Shown piece by piece: positions 8,650 through 16,284 of a stretch of DNA of 33,224 nucleotides. The translations under genes were made by a program, and so were the position numbers. Each line of letters begins with the position of its first letter. Positions within the stretch are counted from its first letter, which is position 1. The DNA comes from a virus (Duplodnaviria; Caudoviricetes): positions 1 through 33,224 of IMG/VR virus record IMGVR_UViG_3300020045_005034; one strand, written 5' to 3'. The notes under the pieces were generated by a model. It saw only the letters and a list, made by a program, of their open reading frames with translations. It did no database searches and was not told the DNA's origin.

Positions 8650-8766
8650 GTGAGTAAATTCTTAAATTATTGTGTTGACTATTATGAGATATTTGATGAT
8701 TGGCTCTATCGGACATTAACAAAATTGCTCGTACGTATATTTGACTTCGTAACCTCGCGTAAATAA
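8650..8766 (+). CDS. 38-aa hypothetical peptide
   Basis: GAAAGGA RBS, GTG start, stop inside motif 6. Confidence 0.45.
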   Translation: MSKFLNYCVDYYEIFDDWLYRTLTKLLVRIFDFVTSRK

Positions 8767-8783
8767 CAATGGCTATAATGAAG
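8755..8783 (+). promoter_or_regulatory. 29-bp motif, copy 6
   Basis: TCGCGTAAATAACAATGGCTATAATGAAG. Confidence 0.85.
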
Positions 8784-8854
8784 AAAAAGTTAGCTCAGTC
8801 GGTAGAGCGCACAGCAATAATTGTGAGGCATTAGTTCGAATCTAATACTTTTTC
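8784..8854 (+). ncRNA. tRNA-like cloverleaf with non-canonical 6-nt anticodon loop (isotype undeterminable)
   Basis: Acceptor AAAAAGT/ACTTTTT, D arm GCTC-AGTCGGTA-GAGC, anticodon arm CACAG-CAATAA-TTGTG, T arm ATTAG-TTCGAAT-CTAAT. No encoded CCA. Confidence 0.8.
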
Positions 8855-8889
8855 TTTTATATTTTTGAAAAAGGGGGGGGGGTACTAGA

Positions 8890-8982
8890 ATGGTTCGTAC
8901 GTACACTACACCAAGATGTCCGACATGTGGCTGGATCTGCTCGACTAAGTATTGTCAGAATTGTGGAGCAACAAGAAAGTAA
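8890..8982 (+). CDS. 30-aa Zn-ribbon micro-protein
   Basis: MVRTYTTPRCPTCGWICSTKYCQNCGATRK, with a G10 run in the RBS position. Confidence 0.6.
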   Translation: MVRTYTTPRCPTCGWICSTKYCQNCGATRK

Positions 8983-9035
8983 ATCCAAAATTTTCCCGGG
9001 TAAGAAAATCCTAAAAAACAAAGGAGAAAATCACT

Positions 9036-9182
9036 ATGCTACCACCAGTATTGGATGCTTCGATCCGACACCTATGTAGTAAACTAACAAAGGAAGAACT
9101 AACTAATTTAGTATTAACTCTAATGGAAGATGGGTTGCATTCGGCTGGAAGAAAACCAAATAAAAAGGAGCAATCACTATGA
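9036..9182 (+). CDS. 48-aa hypothetical protein
   Basis: AAGGAGAAAATCACTATG start, ATGA overlap with next gene. Confidence 0.6.
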   Translation: MLPPVLDASIRHLCSKLTKEELTNLVLTLMEDGLHSAGRKPNKKEQSL

Positions 9183-9343
9183 TTAAACTATCTGAACTGG
9201 CTCTCAATTGGATCTTAAAACGCGGTATCATATTTGATATCGAAAAGTTTGTCACCGACGTTGAAGTCCCTGAAACAAAAATCAAAGCTCATATCCAAGC
9301 CGAGCATGTTACTATAACACTTAAACAGAAAGAGGAGAATTAA
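9179..9343 (+). CDS. 54-aa hypothetical protein
   Basis: AAGGAGCAATCACTATG start. Confidence 0.65.
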   Translation: MIKLSELALNWILKRGIIFDIEKFVTDVEVPETKIKAHIQAEHVTITLKQKEEN

Positions 9344-9345
9344 GT

Positions 9346-9549
9346 ATGATTAAACCAACTAAAAAACAAATTGTAACAGTGGTTGGACTCATTTGTATTG
9401 GATATGTTATTTATAAGGTTGGTTATAAAAATGGGACTGTGAATGCATATGGGGATATTTGTTCAGTTGTAAGCAAAGAAAAGATCAGTAAATTCATATT
9501 CAAGAACTCAAAGAATAGTATTACTATCTTAATGCAGGAGGTAGTTTAA
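9346..9549 (+). CDS. Small single-pass membrane protein
   Basis: GAGGAG RBS, N-terminal TM helix. Confidence 0.7.
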   Translation: MIKPTKKQIVTVVGLICIGYVIYKVGYKNGTVNAYGDICSVVSKEKISKFIFKNSKNSITILMQEVV

Positions 9550-10025
9550 TGTTAGAAAATCTTCCACCATATACTGTTTGTGGAATTGATTTAAGCAATG
9601 CGCATGATTTCTCTATTTCTGATGAATTGTATGAGTTATGTATAAAACATAACACTGAAAAAAATATTTCCACCGAATCTATTATGAAGATACTTCATAG
9701 TCTTAATATTCATACAGCTGACGTATTATGGCATACCGATCCAAATATTTTTAAAAGAACCAAAGGTATTGGGAATAAACGCTATATAGTTGTTATGAAT
9801 ATGTGGAGAGAAGGCAAAGAAGTTCTTAGAAAAGAGCGTCAGGATAAACGTAAAGCCGGTAAACAAATAGTCGGCCCAAATGATATTGACCTCACGAGTA
9901 GTGAAGGTCGTCTATTGATGGCCACATTATCCATGTTATCAACCATTCCAATATATACCGATAAGACCCCAGAACAAATTATTGAACAGGTCAATATCCT
10001 ATCAAAAGAAATGTTTGATAAATAA
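9549..10025 (+). CDS. Hypothetical protein with HhH/RNAP alpha-CTD-like segment
   Basis: ILHSLNIHTADVL...DPNIFKRTKGIGNKRY resembles the alpha-CTD/HhH pattern. Confidence 0.5.
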   Translation: MLENLPPYTVCGIDLSNAHDFSISDELYELCIKHNTEKNISTESIMKILHSLNIHTADVLWHTDPNIFKRTKGIGNKRYIVVMNMWREGKEVLRKERQDKRKAGKQIVGPNDIDLTSSEGRLLMATLSMLSTIPIYTDKTPEQIIEQVNILSKEMFDK

Positions 10026-10040
10026 AAAGGAGGATTAAGT

Positions 10041-10358
10041 ATGAAAACAGACAAATTCAACTACATCGTTTCCCAGCAACTGATCAGAAGCACGGATGTC
10101 CTTTGCAATAAGGCGAAGGAATATGCTACCGAAGATCGACTGCACAATTTCAAAGTTGCTGCAGCAGTCCAGGGATGCACTCCAGTTCAAGCCCTTGCAG
10201 GTATGATGGCTAAACACACAGTCAGTGTCTATGACATGTGCCGAGGCGATGCATGGAATTTTCCAATTGATCTCTGGAATGAAAAACTCACCGATCATAT
10301 TAACTATTTGCTCTTGCTTAGGGCACTAATTGAAGAGCCAAAGGAGGATACAACGTGA
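10041..10358 (+). CDS. Conserved phage protein, possibly all-alpha nucleotide pyrophosphatase-like (DUF1599/Nmad1-like)
   Basis: KAKEYA..DRLHNFK...GMMAKH...EKLTDHINYLLLL pattern. Confidence 0.55.
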   Translation: MKTDKFNYIVSQQLIRSTDVLCNKAKEYATEDRLHNFKVAAAVQGCTPVQALAGMMAKHTVSVYDMCRGDAWNFPIDLWNEKLTDHINYLLLLRALIEEPKEDTT

Positions 10359-10450
10359 GCAGATTTGAATTCTATATTTATGTGATATGTATAAGCATCA
10401 TCATAACTTGTGGCATCAGGATTAGTTATTGTATACTTTCAGCACTTTAA
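10355..10450 (+). CDS. 31-aa hydrophobic peptide MSRFEFYIYVICISIIITCGIRISYCILSAL
   Basis: AAGGAGG RBS, GTGA overlap with the previous stop, paralog of 6012..6098. Confidence 0.65.
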   Translation: MSRFEFYIYVICISIIITCGIRISYCILSAL

Positions 10451-10470
10451 ATAAAAGGAGAAAATCACCA

Positions 10471-10695
10471 ATGATTGACTTCGACATGCGTAATCTCAAA
10501 GTTGGAGACACTGTCCTATTAGCCGAGCCAGGGCTTCATCACAAGAAAAGATGTATAATTATTGAGGCCTCAGAGACTAATGGGCTTCTACCAGTCAAAG
10601 TTAGGTTGGCCAATCCACATGCTGATTTTGGTTATGGTGTAACTGAGAAATGGGTTCCACGAATAGATTTATATTTAGTTGAGAATCATAAATAA
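10471..10695 (+). CDS. Small SH3/KOW-like beta-barrel protein
   Basis: RBS-supported ATG 10471, LKVGDTV...VKVRL...W pattern. Confidence 0.65.
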   Translation: MIDFDMRNLKVGDTVLLAEPGLHHKKRCIIIEASETNGLLPVKVRLANPHADFGYGVTEKWVPRIDLYLVENHK

Positions 10696-10709
10696 AAGGA
10701 GAAATCACT

Positions 10710-10922
10710 ATGAAACTTTTGACAGGGCATGAACTTCTTACCAAACTCCAAAATGGAGAAGATATCTCAAATGTCTATGTTACAAATACAACAGAAATAA
10801 AGGGCTCAAACAGTCAAATAGAAAGCGGTCGTGGATATCTTACACTTTTACCAGTTAAAGGAAATTTGTGTGTTGATTCGATTTTTTGTCCTACTTTGAT
10901 TATTATTGATATTTCAGAATAA
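10710..10922 (+). CDS. Hypothetical protein
   Basis: AAGGAGAAATCACTATG start. Confidence 0.7.
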   Translation: MKLLTGHELLTKLQNGEDISNVYVTNTTEIKGSNSQIESGRGYLTLLPVKGNLCVDSIFCPTLIIIDISE

Positions 10923-10938
10923 AAAGGAGAAAATCACT

Positions 10939-11148
10939 ATGAAAAAAAATCAACCAATCAAACAATCCACCTTGAAGAACAAATTGGTCGCAGTTTTAAT
11001 GCTTATATTTAGTGGTATGGCCGTTCTCATTGATCACGACATTACGATTCTTATATTTCTTACACCTATTAGTTTGTTATTGTTCTTCTATAAGTATCCG
11101 ATCATTGGGAAACAAGATGAGGATTTTCCTTGGGGTGGTAAAAAATGA
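10939..11148 (+). CDS. Small two-TM membrane protein
   Basis: RBS-supported ATG 10939, two hydrophobic helices. Confidence 0.7.
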   Translation: MKKNQPIKQSTLKNKLVAVLMLIFSGMAVLIDHDITILIFLTPISLLLFFYKYPIIGKQDEDFPWGGKK

Positions 11149-11411
11149 GTAGCTCAAGACCACTTTCTACTACATTAAAAATATTAGAGATTCTTGAACA
11201 GGGATTTGAGATCCGAGTGTGGGAAGACACATTAAATGACTTATTTACTCCAAGTATTGCCATTGATATTTCTGATATGAATACTAGGCCAATAAATCAT
11301 CACAGACAAGTAGTTTTTATGAGTGATCTAATTGATTCTGATGATCCGGATAATTTTTTAGTAAATATTTTACAACAGATGACTATAACTCTTAAAAGAA
11401 TGAGGAAGTAG
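11145..11411 (+). CDS. Hypothetical protein
   Basis: ATGA-coupled 88-aa ORF. Confidence 0.7.
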   Translation: MSSSRPLSTTLKILEILEQGFEIRVWEDTLNDLFTPSIAIDISDMNTRPINHHRQVVFMSDLIDSDDPDNFLVNILQQMTITLKRMRK

Positions 11412-11421
11412 GAAAAACAAG

Positions 11422-12027
11422 ATGTCTCGCCATATTCTAACTTCTGAGCAATTACAGTTTCTTAAAGATCATGTTGAAGGTCTCCACAATAAAAAACTCA
11501 CCGAGATGTTCAACGCTACCTTTGGAACTAATTTGCAATGGGAGACTATTAAGGCTTTCAAGAAATACTATAAACTAAAAAGCGGAATTGATCCTAAATT
11601 GAAACCCGGTAATGACCTGTGGAAGAGCGTAAAAAATCCTAAAAGCCGAGCCAATTGCACAAGTTATTCTGCAGGCCATACCTCGGCTACACAGAAGCCT
11701 ATAGGGTCCGAACGAACAGACTCAGATGGTTATATTTGGGTTAAGATTGCTCAACCAAGGGTATGGAGAGAGAAGTCACGAGTAGTCTGGGAGGAAACTA
11801 ATGGTAAGATTCCTACTGGTAGCATCGTCATATTCGGAGACCGTAACAAGCAAAACTTCGATCTCACTAATCTCATATTGGTTACTCGTAGACAATTGGC
11901 CCAACTTAATAAGAACCATCTAATACAATGTGATGCTGATTTGACTAGGTCTGGAATTATTATAGCAGATATTCTAAACAAAATAGGAGAAATCAAACAT
12001 GAAAAACACCTTAGGCGATCTCAATAA
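11422..12027 (+). CDS. HNH_3-type endonuclease-like protein (degenerate His motifs)
   Basis: PIGSER...DGY..VKI....W..K.R.VWE..NG.IP.G..VIF.D.NK.N..L.NL.LVTR pattern. Confidence 0.75.
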   Translation: MSRHILTSEQLQFLKDHVEGLHNKKLTEMFNATFGTNLQWETIKAFKKYYKLKSGIDPKLKPGNDLWKSVKNPKSRANCTSYSAGHTSATQKPIGSERTDSDGYIWVKIAQPRVWREKSRVVWEETNGKIPTGSIVIFGDRNKQNFDLTNLILVTRRQLAQLNKNHLIQCDADLTRSGIIIADILNKIGEIKHEKHLRRSQ

Positions 12028-12235
12028 CTATCTCTTTTCTAGCCTTGAGCGACTTGACAATGAGGATCTAAGCAATGAGGAGCTCGAGAAAGAAATCAGT
12101 CGATCAAGAGCCATTACGAATGTGGCATCATCTATCATTGCTAATGGCGCCCTCGTACTTAAGGCTAAGATACAGTATGAGGAGAATATGAGGGCCTCAA
12201 ACCAATCTATGCCATCAATGCTTGAGGGCGGCTGA
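11999..12235 (+). CDS. Conserved phage protein often paired with the HNH-like gene
   Basis: MKNTLGDLNNYLF..LERL..EDL..EEL.KEI.RS.AI..VA..II.NG.LVLKA pattern. Confidence 0.8.
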   Translation: MKNTLGDLNNYLFSSLERLDNEDLSNEELEKEISRSRAITNVASSIIANGALVLKAKIQYEENMRASNQSMPSMLEGG

Positions 12236-12236
12236 T

Positions 12237-12389
12237 ATGCTAAAACAGAAGACTGGATGCGGTTTACCTAAGAAGAAGTGTGACGGCATTTGGATGATGT
12301 CTCAAACTGGTCGGCATCCATGGGATCTCATATTAGCCGAGCGATGTAGGCGATGTTTTCTGATGACAAGAAAGGGTAAGACAAAATAA
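12237..12389 (+). CDS. 50-aa Cys-containing hypothetical protein
   Basis: Fills the gap exactly between neighbouring genes. GAGGG RBS. Confidence 0.5.
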   Translation: MLKQKTGCGLPKKKCDGIWMMSQTGRHPWDLILAERCRRCFLMTRKGKTK

Positions 12390-12391
12390 CA

Positions 12392-12577
12392 ATGTCAAAT
12401 ATTTGTGACAACTTTTGTGATTGCGATTTAGTAGTTAACAAGTATTCTGGAGTCTCTGGTAAGATCATAGCTATCTATATGCATAAGGATAGAGCTTATT
12501 TAGATGTACGTACGATTGATGGTGCATATTACAAGACCCCAGCAATCAACTGGGAGAGAGTAGGAGAAGATGCCTAG
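12392..12577 (+). CDS. Small SH3-like protein (paralog of 20581 and 20773)
   Basis: YLDVR....YY.TP..NW motif. Confidence 0.7.
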   Translation: MSNICDNFCDCDLVVNKYSGVSGKIIAIYMHKDRAYLDVRTIDGAYYKTPAINWERVGEDA

Positions 12578-12842
12578 ACATGTTTATATTTGTTCGATAT
12601 GCGGTAGAGAATATGATGAAGTAACCACTATCTGTGATTGCGAGCTATTAGGTAGGCCTAAACAGAAGATGGTAGCTAAAGGTATTTCTTTGTATATTAC
12701 TTTTGACCCCGGATCATCAAATGGCGATCGACCCTGTGCATCTATACATATTCAAAACAAATACAACTTTAATTTTGTAAGAAGTCTTTATGGCGAAGAT
12801 GCTGAAGAGTTATATTCATTACTAGATGTGGAGGAAGAATGA
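12570..12842 (+). CDS. Hypothetical protein with N-terminal Zn-finger
   Basis: YICSICG...CE pattern, AGGAG RBS. Confidence 0.7.
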   Translation: MPRHVYICSICGREYDEVTTICDCELLGRPKQKMVAKGISLYITFDPGSSNGDRPCASIHIQNKYNFNFVRSLYGEDAEELYSLLDVEEE

Positions 12843-13102
12843 TGTCTAAATCTCAATATTATCAGACCTGTGAAAAATGTGGTGCTAACTTAGATCCAGG
12901 TGAACGCTGCGATTGTGGAAACAATCAAGATGTCCTTTATATTTGTGACCGTAAGAAGTGTAAGAACTGTACGCATCACTGCAATCACACAGCAGATATT
13001 ACGCATGCTGTCAATTTTAAACTTCATATGGGCGCTTTCTATATGGAGCAGTTTGGTGATGTTGAGCCTGTGTATCCGGAGGAGGTAGAAGAGGATGGTT
13101 GA
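12839..13102 (+). CDS. Cys-rich Zn-finger protein
   Basis: CEKCGANLDPGERCDC plus YICDRKKCKNC...CNHT. Confidence 0.75.
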   Translation: MMSKSQYYQTCEKCGANLDPGERCDCGNNQDVLYICDRKKCKNCTHHCNHTADITHAVNFKLHMGAFYMEQFGDVEPVYPEEVEEDG

Positions 13103-13310
13103 TCGGTGTATATCCTGTGGTTTATATGATCCAAATCTTGGACATTATATTTGTCAATCGTGTATCAAAAAAGGACGCCTCCTAATGAAGGATCGCAACC
13201 TATTAATTTGTGAGGTTGATTCTAAAGTTATAGTTGTTGGAGCTTTGACCAAAGAACAGTGTAAAACAGTTATCCATATTTTAGAAAGGACGGTTAATAC
13301 AAATGTCTAA
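13095..13310 (+). CDS. Small Zn-finger protein
   Basis: CISCG...ICQSC. Confidence 0.7.
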   Translation: MVDRCISCGLYDPNLGHYICQSCIKKGRLLMKDRNLLICEVDSKVIVVGALTKEQCKTVIHILERTVNTNV

Positions 13311-13686
13311 AGGATTGAGTCTCGAAGATTTCAAAAAGCAACTTGATAGTGATGCTCAGCAAACAGTAATTACTCAGAAGGGGCAGATTGAAGAGTTAGA
13401 AAAAAAGATCGAACGGCAGCAAAGGAAAATTTACCAGCAGAATGAAGAAGCATATTACCTCTTCAAACGCTGCAGCGCATTGACATCAAACACTATGTGT
13501 CAATATTGTGGTATCTCACAAAGATGTCATGATGTGTGCTCTATATTTGATGCTAAATTGAAGGGTAAACATGCTGAAACTAGTGTTATTGATGATTGTC
13601 ATCTGATGGATAATCCTGGTGCTAGATTAGAAATGTATGCAGCACTTGGTGGGTTGTTGAAGTCGCAGGAAAAACAATGCCTCTAA
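13303..13686 (+). CDS. Coiled-coil/Cys-containing hypothetical protein
   Basis: 127-aa ORF, stop lies in motif 7. Confidence 0.7.
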   Translation: MSKGLSLEDFKKQLDSDAQQTVITQKGQIEELEKKIERQQRKIYQQNEEAYYLFKRCSALTSNTMCQYCGISQRCHDVCSIFDAKLKGKHAETSVIDDCHLMDNPGARLEMYAALGGLLKSQEKQCL

Positions 13687-13691
13687 TAGAA
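13663..13691 (+). promoter_or_regulatory. 29-bp motif, copy 7
   Basis: TCGCAGGAAAAACAATGCCTCTAATAGAA. Confidence 0.85.
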
Positions 13692-13721
13692 GCCAAAAGG
13701 CAATTTTAGGAGGAAATCACC

Positions 13722-13955
13722 ATGAAGAATGAAGATTTGATCGTCAGCGCATTAGGTATCATTGGACTCATTATAGTAGTTCCCATAGTAATAAGGGGAA
13801 CACTCATAGGAGTATCATTGGTAGGTAGTTGTGTTGAGCAAGGAAGAAACACTATGAAGTTCCACAAAGAAATGAAAAAGGGCATAAAAGAAGGAAAGAT
13901 AGTCAAAATTAATGGCGAGTATTACAATGTAGTACAGACCATTGAGGAAGAGTAA
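13722..13955 (+). CDS. Cassette membrane protein
   Basis: AGGAGG RBS, N-terminal TM helix. Confidence 0.8.
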   Translation: MKNEDLIVSALGIIGLIIVVPIVIRGTLIGVSLVGSCVEQGRNTMKFHKEMKKGIKEGKIVKINGEYYNVVQTIEEE

Positions 13956-13970
13956 TCTTCCTTTCTTTTT
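13945..13970 (+). terminator. Intrinsic terminator with stop codon in GTAA loop
   Basis: AGGAAGA-GTAA-TCTTCCT-TTCTTTTT. Confidence 0.8.
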
Positions 13971-13973
13971 CAG

Positions 13974-14002
13974 TCGCTTAAAAAACAATGGCTCTAATAG
14001 AA
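13974..14002 (+). promoter_or_regulatory. 29-bp motif, copy 8
   Basis: TCGCTTAAAAAACAATGGCTCTAATAGAA. Confidence 0.85.
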
Positions 14003-14075
14003 GGGTATGCTAGTTTAAAAAGGTAAAACACTCACAACTGTGTGAGAGAATTCGGTTCGAATCCGCGGGCTCTTC
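14000..14075 (+). ncRNA. Second, more degenerate tRNA-like cloverleaf
   Basis: Closing stem GAAGGGT/GCTCTTC, D arm GTTT-AAAAAGGTA-AAAC, anticodon arm CTCAC-AACTGT-GTGAG, T arm CGG-TTCGAAT-CCG. No CCA. Confidence 0.7.
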
Positions 14076-14100
14076 TTTTATATTTTTGAAAGGAGTATTT

Positions 14101-14253
14101 ATGATCACCGAGACAGAAAAGGAAAAGCTATTTGAGGAGCTTGGTATAAAATCCCCATCAAAAGTATATTTTGAAATGCTAAATGAAGTTAGAAAGGAGC
14201 AGCCAAATGCCAATCGAATCGAGAATGCAGAAGTTAATAACAATTCTGAATGA
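14101..14253 (+). CDS. 50-aa hypothetical protein
   Basis: GAAAGGAG RBS, ATG 14101, overlaps the ligase start. Confidence 0.55.
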   Translation: MITETEKEKLFEELGIKSPSKVYFEMLNEVRKEQPNANRIENAEVNNNSE

Positions 14254-15448
14254 AGCATGTAGGGATTATTATTCTGGAGTTGATGAGTCACCGATGTCAG
14301 ATGCTCAGTATGATCGATATTTGACAGAGTTAAAAGCTCTTGAGGCTGAGGCAGGCTATAAACTAGCTGACTCACCAACAGTTAAAGTAGGTTAAGAGGA
14401 GACGGACGATAAGATTAAGCATTATGCTCCGATCCTTTCTTTAAGAGACACTAAAAGTGTTGATGAACTTCTACATTTCTTAGGGCAGGAAGAGGGAATC
14501 TTATCTTGGAAACTCGATGGTATAAGTATTGTCTTATATTATCAGAACGGGCATCTCGAACGAGCAGTTAGCAGAGGCGATGGGTTTTATGGTAAGGATA
14601 TTACGAAAAATGTTATGCTTATGCGTGATGTGCCTAAGACTATAGATAGTAAAAGCACTCTTATTGTCCGGGGTGAAGGTTGTATATCCTTAGACGATTT
14701 CGCCGATCTCAAAGCTACTAAAGAAGGTGAAGGTTATAAAAATCCACGTAATCTAGCGGCAGGACTTATTAATAGCACTCGAACCACAAGCTCACTGCTT
14801 AGATACATGACTTTTGTAGCACATTCAATCATATTTGTTGCTGGGAGAGGGCGTAATCTAACTACTCGATCCGAGCAATTTGAGTATTTAGAGAAACTTG
14901 GTTTTCGGGTTGTACCACATATTAAGGTGGTCAACTATATTCTCAAGCACCAAATTGAGACTATGACGGGTATGATCGAGAACTTCGAATTCCCTGTAGA
15001 TGGGCTTGTTCTGGCACTTAATGACTTAGTACATAGCAACTCACTAGGCAGTACTATGAAATTCCCTAGGGATAGTATGGCTTTCAAATGGCCAGATGTC
15101 TCAGCTATGACGAACGTAACTGGTATGAAATGGAGCGTTAGTCAAACGGGTCTTATTACACCAGTAGTCTTATTTGAGCCTATCCAACTCGAAGGTACTA
15201 CTGTCAAGCAGGCTAACCTGCATACACTGAAAGTATTTGAGGAGCTTGGTATTGGTATTGGCGATATGATTGAGATTTATAAGGCTAATAAGATTATCCC
15301 GGAGGTTGCTGAGAACTATACCCGCTCCGACACAGAAGATTATCCACGTAAATGTCCTGTATGCAAGCAGGAGACCACGGTTGTAGCCAATGATAAAACT
15401 AAAAAGTTATATTGCTACAATTGCGCAGTGAAAGGGGGAGGCACATGA
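14207..15448 (+). pseudogene. ligA: NAD+-dependent DNA ligase homolog with in-frame TAA at 14393-14395, lacking HhH and BRCT domains
   Basis: Domain Ia YY....PMSDAQYD..SPT.KVG*, then in the same frame H..P.LSL, WKLDG, SRGDG..G.DIT, VRGE, NPRN.AAG, DGLV, AFKW, OB fold TGLITPV, and Zn finger CPVC..CYNC. Confidence 0.85.
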
Positions 15449-16266
15449 TTAAGGCTATCAAAGATCTCGGTGGGGTTATTTCTCAAAACAGTCCAACTAT
15501 CCTAACAGGTGTAGCAGTTACAGGTCTGGTAACGACGGTTATTCTGGCAGTGCGAGCTACACCAAAAGCAATGGCCTTAATTGATGAGGAGGTATATAAG
15601 CAGTATGAAGAGAGCAAATCAGAAGACAGCTTCGCAGAATGGTTGGGGGTGGATGGAGGAGCCTACACATGGAAGGATCGGACAAACCTCCTTACCAAAA
15701 AAGAGACGGTCAAGATCACTTGGAAGTGCTATATTCCGGCGGCAATTAGCGGTACAATTACTATCGCTTGCATTATTGGTGCTCATAGCATTCATAGTCG
15801 TCGGACTGCTGCAATAGCTAGCTTATATTCTCTTACTGAGATTGCTTTGAAGGAGTACCAAGCTAAGGTAATTGAGACGATAGGCTCTAATAAAGAGCTC
15901 AAGATCCGAGATGATATTTCTGGCGATCATGTCAAGAAGAATCCAGTAGGTAATGCGGAAGTTATATTTACTGGTAAAGGAGAGACTTTGTGCTATGATC
16001 CAATGTCCGGACGATATTTCAAAACCGATATTGATAAGGTTAAGAAGGCTGAATACAAACTTAATCGTGATCTTAGGAATGAGATGTTTATAACACTTAA
16101 TGAGTTTTATGACGAGCTTGGCCTAGCACATATTGGTTTGGGTGATGAGATGGGCTGGAACATTGATCATGCCTCAATTGAAATTCGGTTCAGTGCTCAA
16201 CTGGATGAGACCGATTCACCATGTCTTGTGTTAAACTATGAAGTTATACCAAGATACAAATCATAA
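15445..16266 (+). CDS. DUF6353-like conserved phage protein
   Basis: SPTILTG..VTG.V.T..LAVRATPKA, CYD..SGRYF, LNEFYD.LGL....G..MGW. ATGA overlap with ligase stop. Confidence 0.8.
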   Translation: MIKAIKDLGGVISQNSPTILTGVAVTGLVTTVILAVRATPKAMALIDEEVYKQYEESKSEDSFAEWLGVDGGAYTWKDRTNLLTKKETVKITWKCYIPAAISGTITIACIIGAHSIHSRRTAAIASLYSLTEIALKEYQAKVIETIGSNKELKIRDDISGDHVKKNPVGNAEVIFTGKGETLCYDPMSGRYFKTDIDKVKKAEYKLNRDLRNEMFITLNEFYDELGLAHIGLGDEMGWNIDHASIEIRFSAQLDETDSPCLVLNYEVIPRYKS

Positions 16267-16284
16267 TTAAAGGAGTAAATCACC

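Noticed and set aside
7029-8783. 29-bp repeats as a CRISPR array
   Set aside because: Spacing is 108-416 bp with whole genes between copies, the repeats are degenerate, and there is no cas operon.
11422-12027. HNH gene as an intron-encoded or mobile homing endonuclease
   Set aside because: Free-standing, interrupts no gene, and the expected His residues appear substituted.
8784-14395. tRNA-like RNAs as ochre suppressors for the ligase TAA, or genome-wide stop recoding
   Set aside because: Neither loop contains TTA. TAA is the normal stop of many genes here, and only one in-frame stop was seen.
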